Source: Eledone cirrhosa (lineage: Eukaryota). Taken from it: a DNA stretch of 64,000 nt. The notes beneath the pieces were generated by a model that was given only the letters and a program-made list of their open reading frames with translations, had not been told where the DNA came from and made no database searches. This document shows positions 62,704-64,000 of the stretch, in pieces. The stretch spans positions 35,712,001 through 35,776,000 of the forward strand of contig OZ024741.1 in NCBI GenBank assembly GCA_964016885.1. The letters are read 5' to 3'. Numbering within the stretch: the first letter of the stretch is position 1; each line of letters begins with the position of its first letter. A program made the translations under genes and the position numbers.

Positions 62704-62842
62704 ATATCATATAAGAAACGAAGAATCAGTGTTGTGACGAATAAAATTTATTAGGCATAGGCTGGTCGCCAGAGAAACGATTGTAATATGTCTAATAAAT
62801 GTTATTCGTCGCAACACTGATTCTCCGTTTCTTATGTGATAT
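62704..62842. repeat. 56-bp-arm inverted repeat with 27-nt loop
   Basis: Arms 62704-62759 and 62787-62842 differ at 5 positions; abuts (TA)n. Confidence 0.93.
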
Positions 62843-62944
62843 ATATATATATATATATATACACACATCATATATAAGATATACTGGCTGGCTCACAGTG
62901 TAGATAGCATTGAGCATCTCCTCTAATTCTTGTGTTGTATGAAC

Positions 62945-63113
62945 TGTTAGGATGATGTCATCTGAGAAGTCTAGGTGGCTAGGAGTTCACCATCTATATT
63001 GATACTCTTGTTCTTCCAGTTGACTTTATTGATGATGGCGTCTTATAAATAAGATGTAAACATTCTCATGAAAATATTGTCCCTCTGCCTTGCTCCTCTT
63101 TCTAACTTGATCT
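62945..63113 (-). mobile_element. Old LINE RT fragment
   Basis: Minus strand reads IKLERGARQRD...INIDGELL/SHLDFSDDIIL (degenerate GVRQGD and HLRFADD motifs). Confidence 0.6.
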
Positions 63114-63192
63114 AGTTGTTGAAACAGCAGGAGCTCCTTGATCTAGTTGTTGAAACAGCAGGAGCTCAACTGTCGGGGTCCCAAATTCTTCA

Positions 63193-63681
63193 CTCCGACC
63201 TCACACACTTACACCTCTCCAAGACAATGTCACTGGACCGAGACCTTTGGCGGTACTCAGTAACAGAGAAGACCCGCCTTACCTAAATATATAGTAAAAC
63301 CTACTCCAGCCAGTAGGCATCTCTAACAAAATACACCCCGTCCCACCACCACCACCCCCACCTCATCCACACCACCCCGTTCTATGTAAAGTTATGTTGG
63401 TGCCGCGCCATTCAGGCCAAAACAAATGAGATCGTGTAGGTGTCACGACAAAAAAACACACAGTCCACGCTGTAATGTGGCCGTGTAGGCAACACGGTAA
63501 AAACCTCCCAGACCCACACTGTAAATGTGGTTGGTGTTAGGAAGGGCATCCAACTGTAGAAAACCTGCCAGACAGTCCTATGCGAGCAAGACAATCACTC
63601 TTGCCTCAAGTGGGACTACCCCCGTCCAAACCCATGCAAGCGTGGAACACGGACGTTAAACGTTGATGATGATGATGATGA

Positions 63682-63686
<5 letters not shown>
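63193..63686 (+). mobile_element. RTE LINE 3' end (same subfamily as the 30797 and 46700 copies)
   Basis: Closely matches 32098-32577 and 48405-48832; (GAT)n tail followed by (TA)n. Confidence 0.92.
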
Positions 63687-63724
<38 letters not shown>

Positions 63725-64000
63725 CATTGTTTAACGTCTATCTTCCACACTAGCAGGGATTACATGGGTTTGTCCCACTTGAGGCAAGATTGGTTGAGTG
63801 GCCATGTCTCGCTCGTATAGAACCATTTCTGGCTGGTTTTCTACAGCTGGATGACCTTCCCAACGCCAACCACATTTACAGTGTGGACTGGATGTTCTGT
63901 GGTACCAACATAACTTTTATATATATATAGCCCCAGGTTAACCAATGCCTTGTGAGTAAAATTTGGTAGACATAAACTGCACAAAAGCCCATCAGATATG

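Overview
This is eukaryotic, AT-rich, repeat-dominated DNA, not prokaryotic. The SINE/LINE/microsatellite content resembles a coleoid cephalopod such as Octopus (inference). The only host gene I can support is a PDE9-like cyclic-nucleotide phosphodiesterase on the minus strand. It has three GT-AG exons (49511-49375, 21091-20950, 19254-19159) that splice in frame. The region below 49.5 kb is intron, and the rest probably is too. The non-coding DNA holds a 9.4-kb 38-bp satellite with higher-order blocks, a non-autonomous Helitron, and two Penelope-like retroelements (CxCx5C linker, C-terminal GIY-YIG) that each carry a hammerhead-ribozyme motif. It also holds several RTE LINEs (one preceded by a 563-bp tandem monomer array), modular tRNA-derived SINEs (one with the tail of a LINE present in the window), a Chapaev3-like transposon, a chain of hAT elements joined by three copies of one CTCTAGAG target site, MITEs and long hairpins. 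I found no convincing wholly new biological system. The best leads are the ribozyme motifs, the monomer-headed RTE element and the hAT chain. Most ORFs in the supplied track are repeat artefacts.
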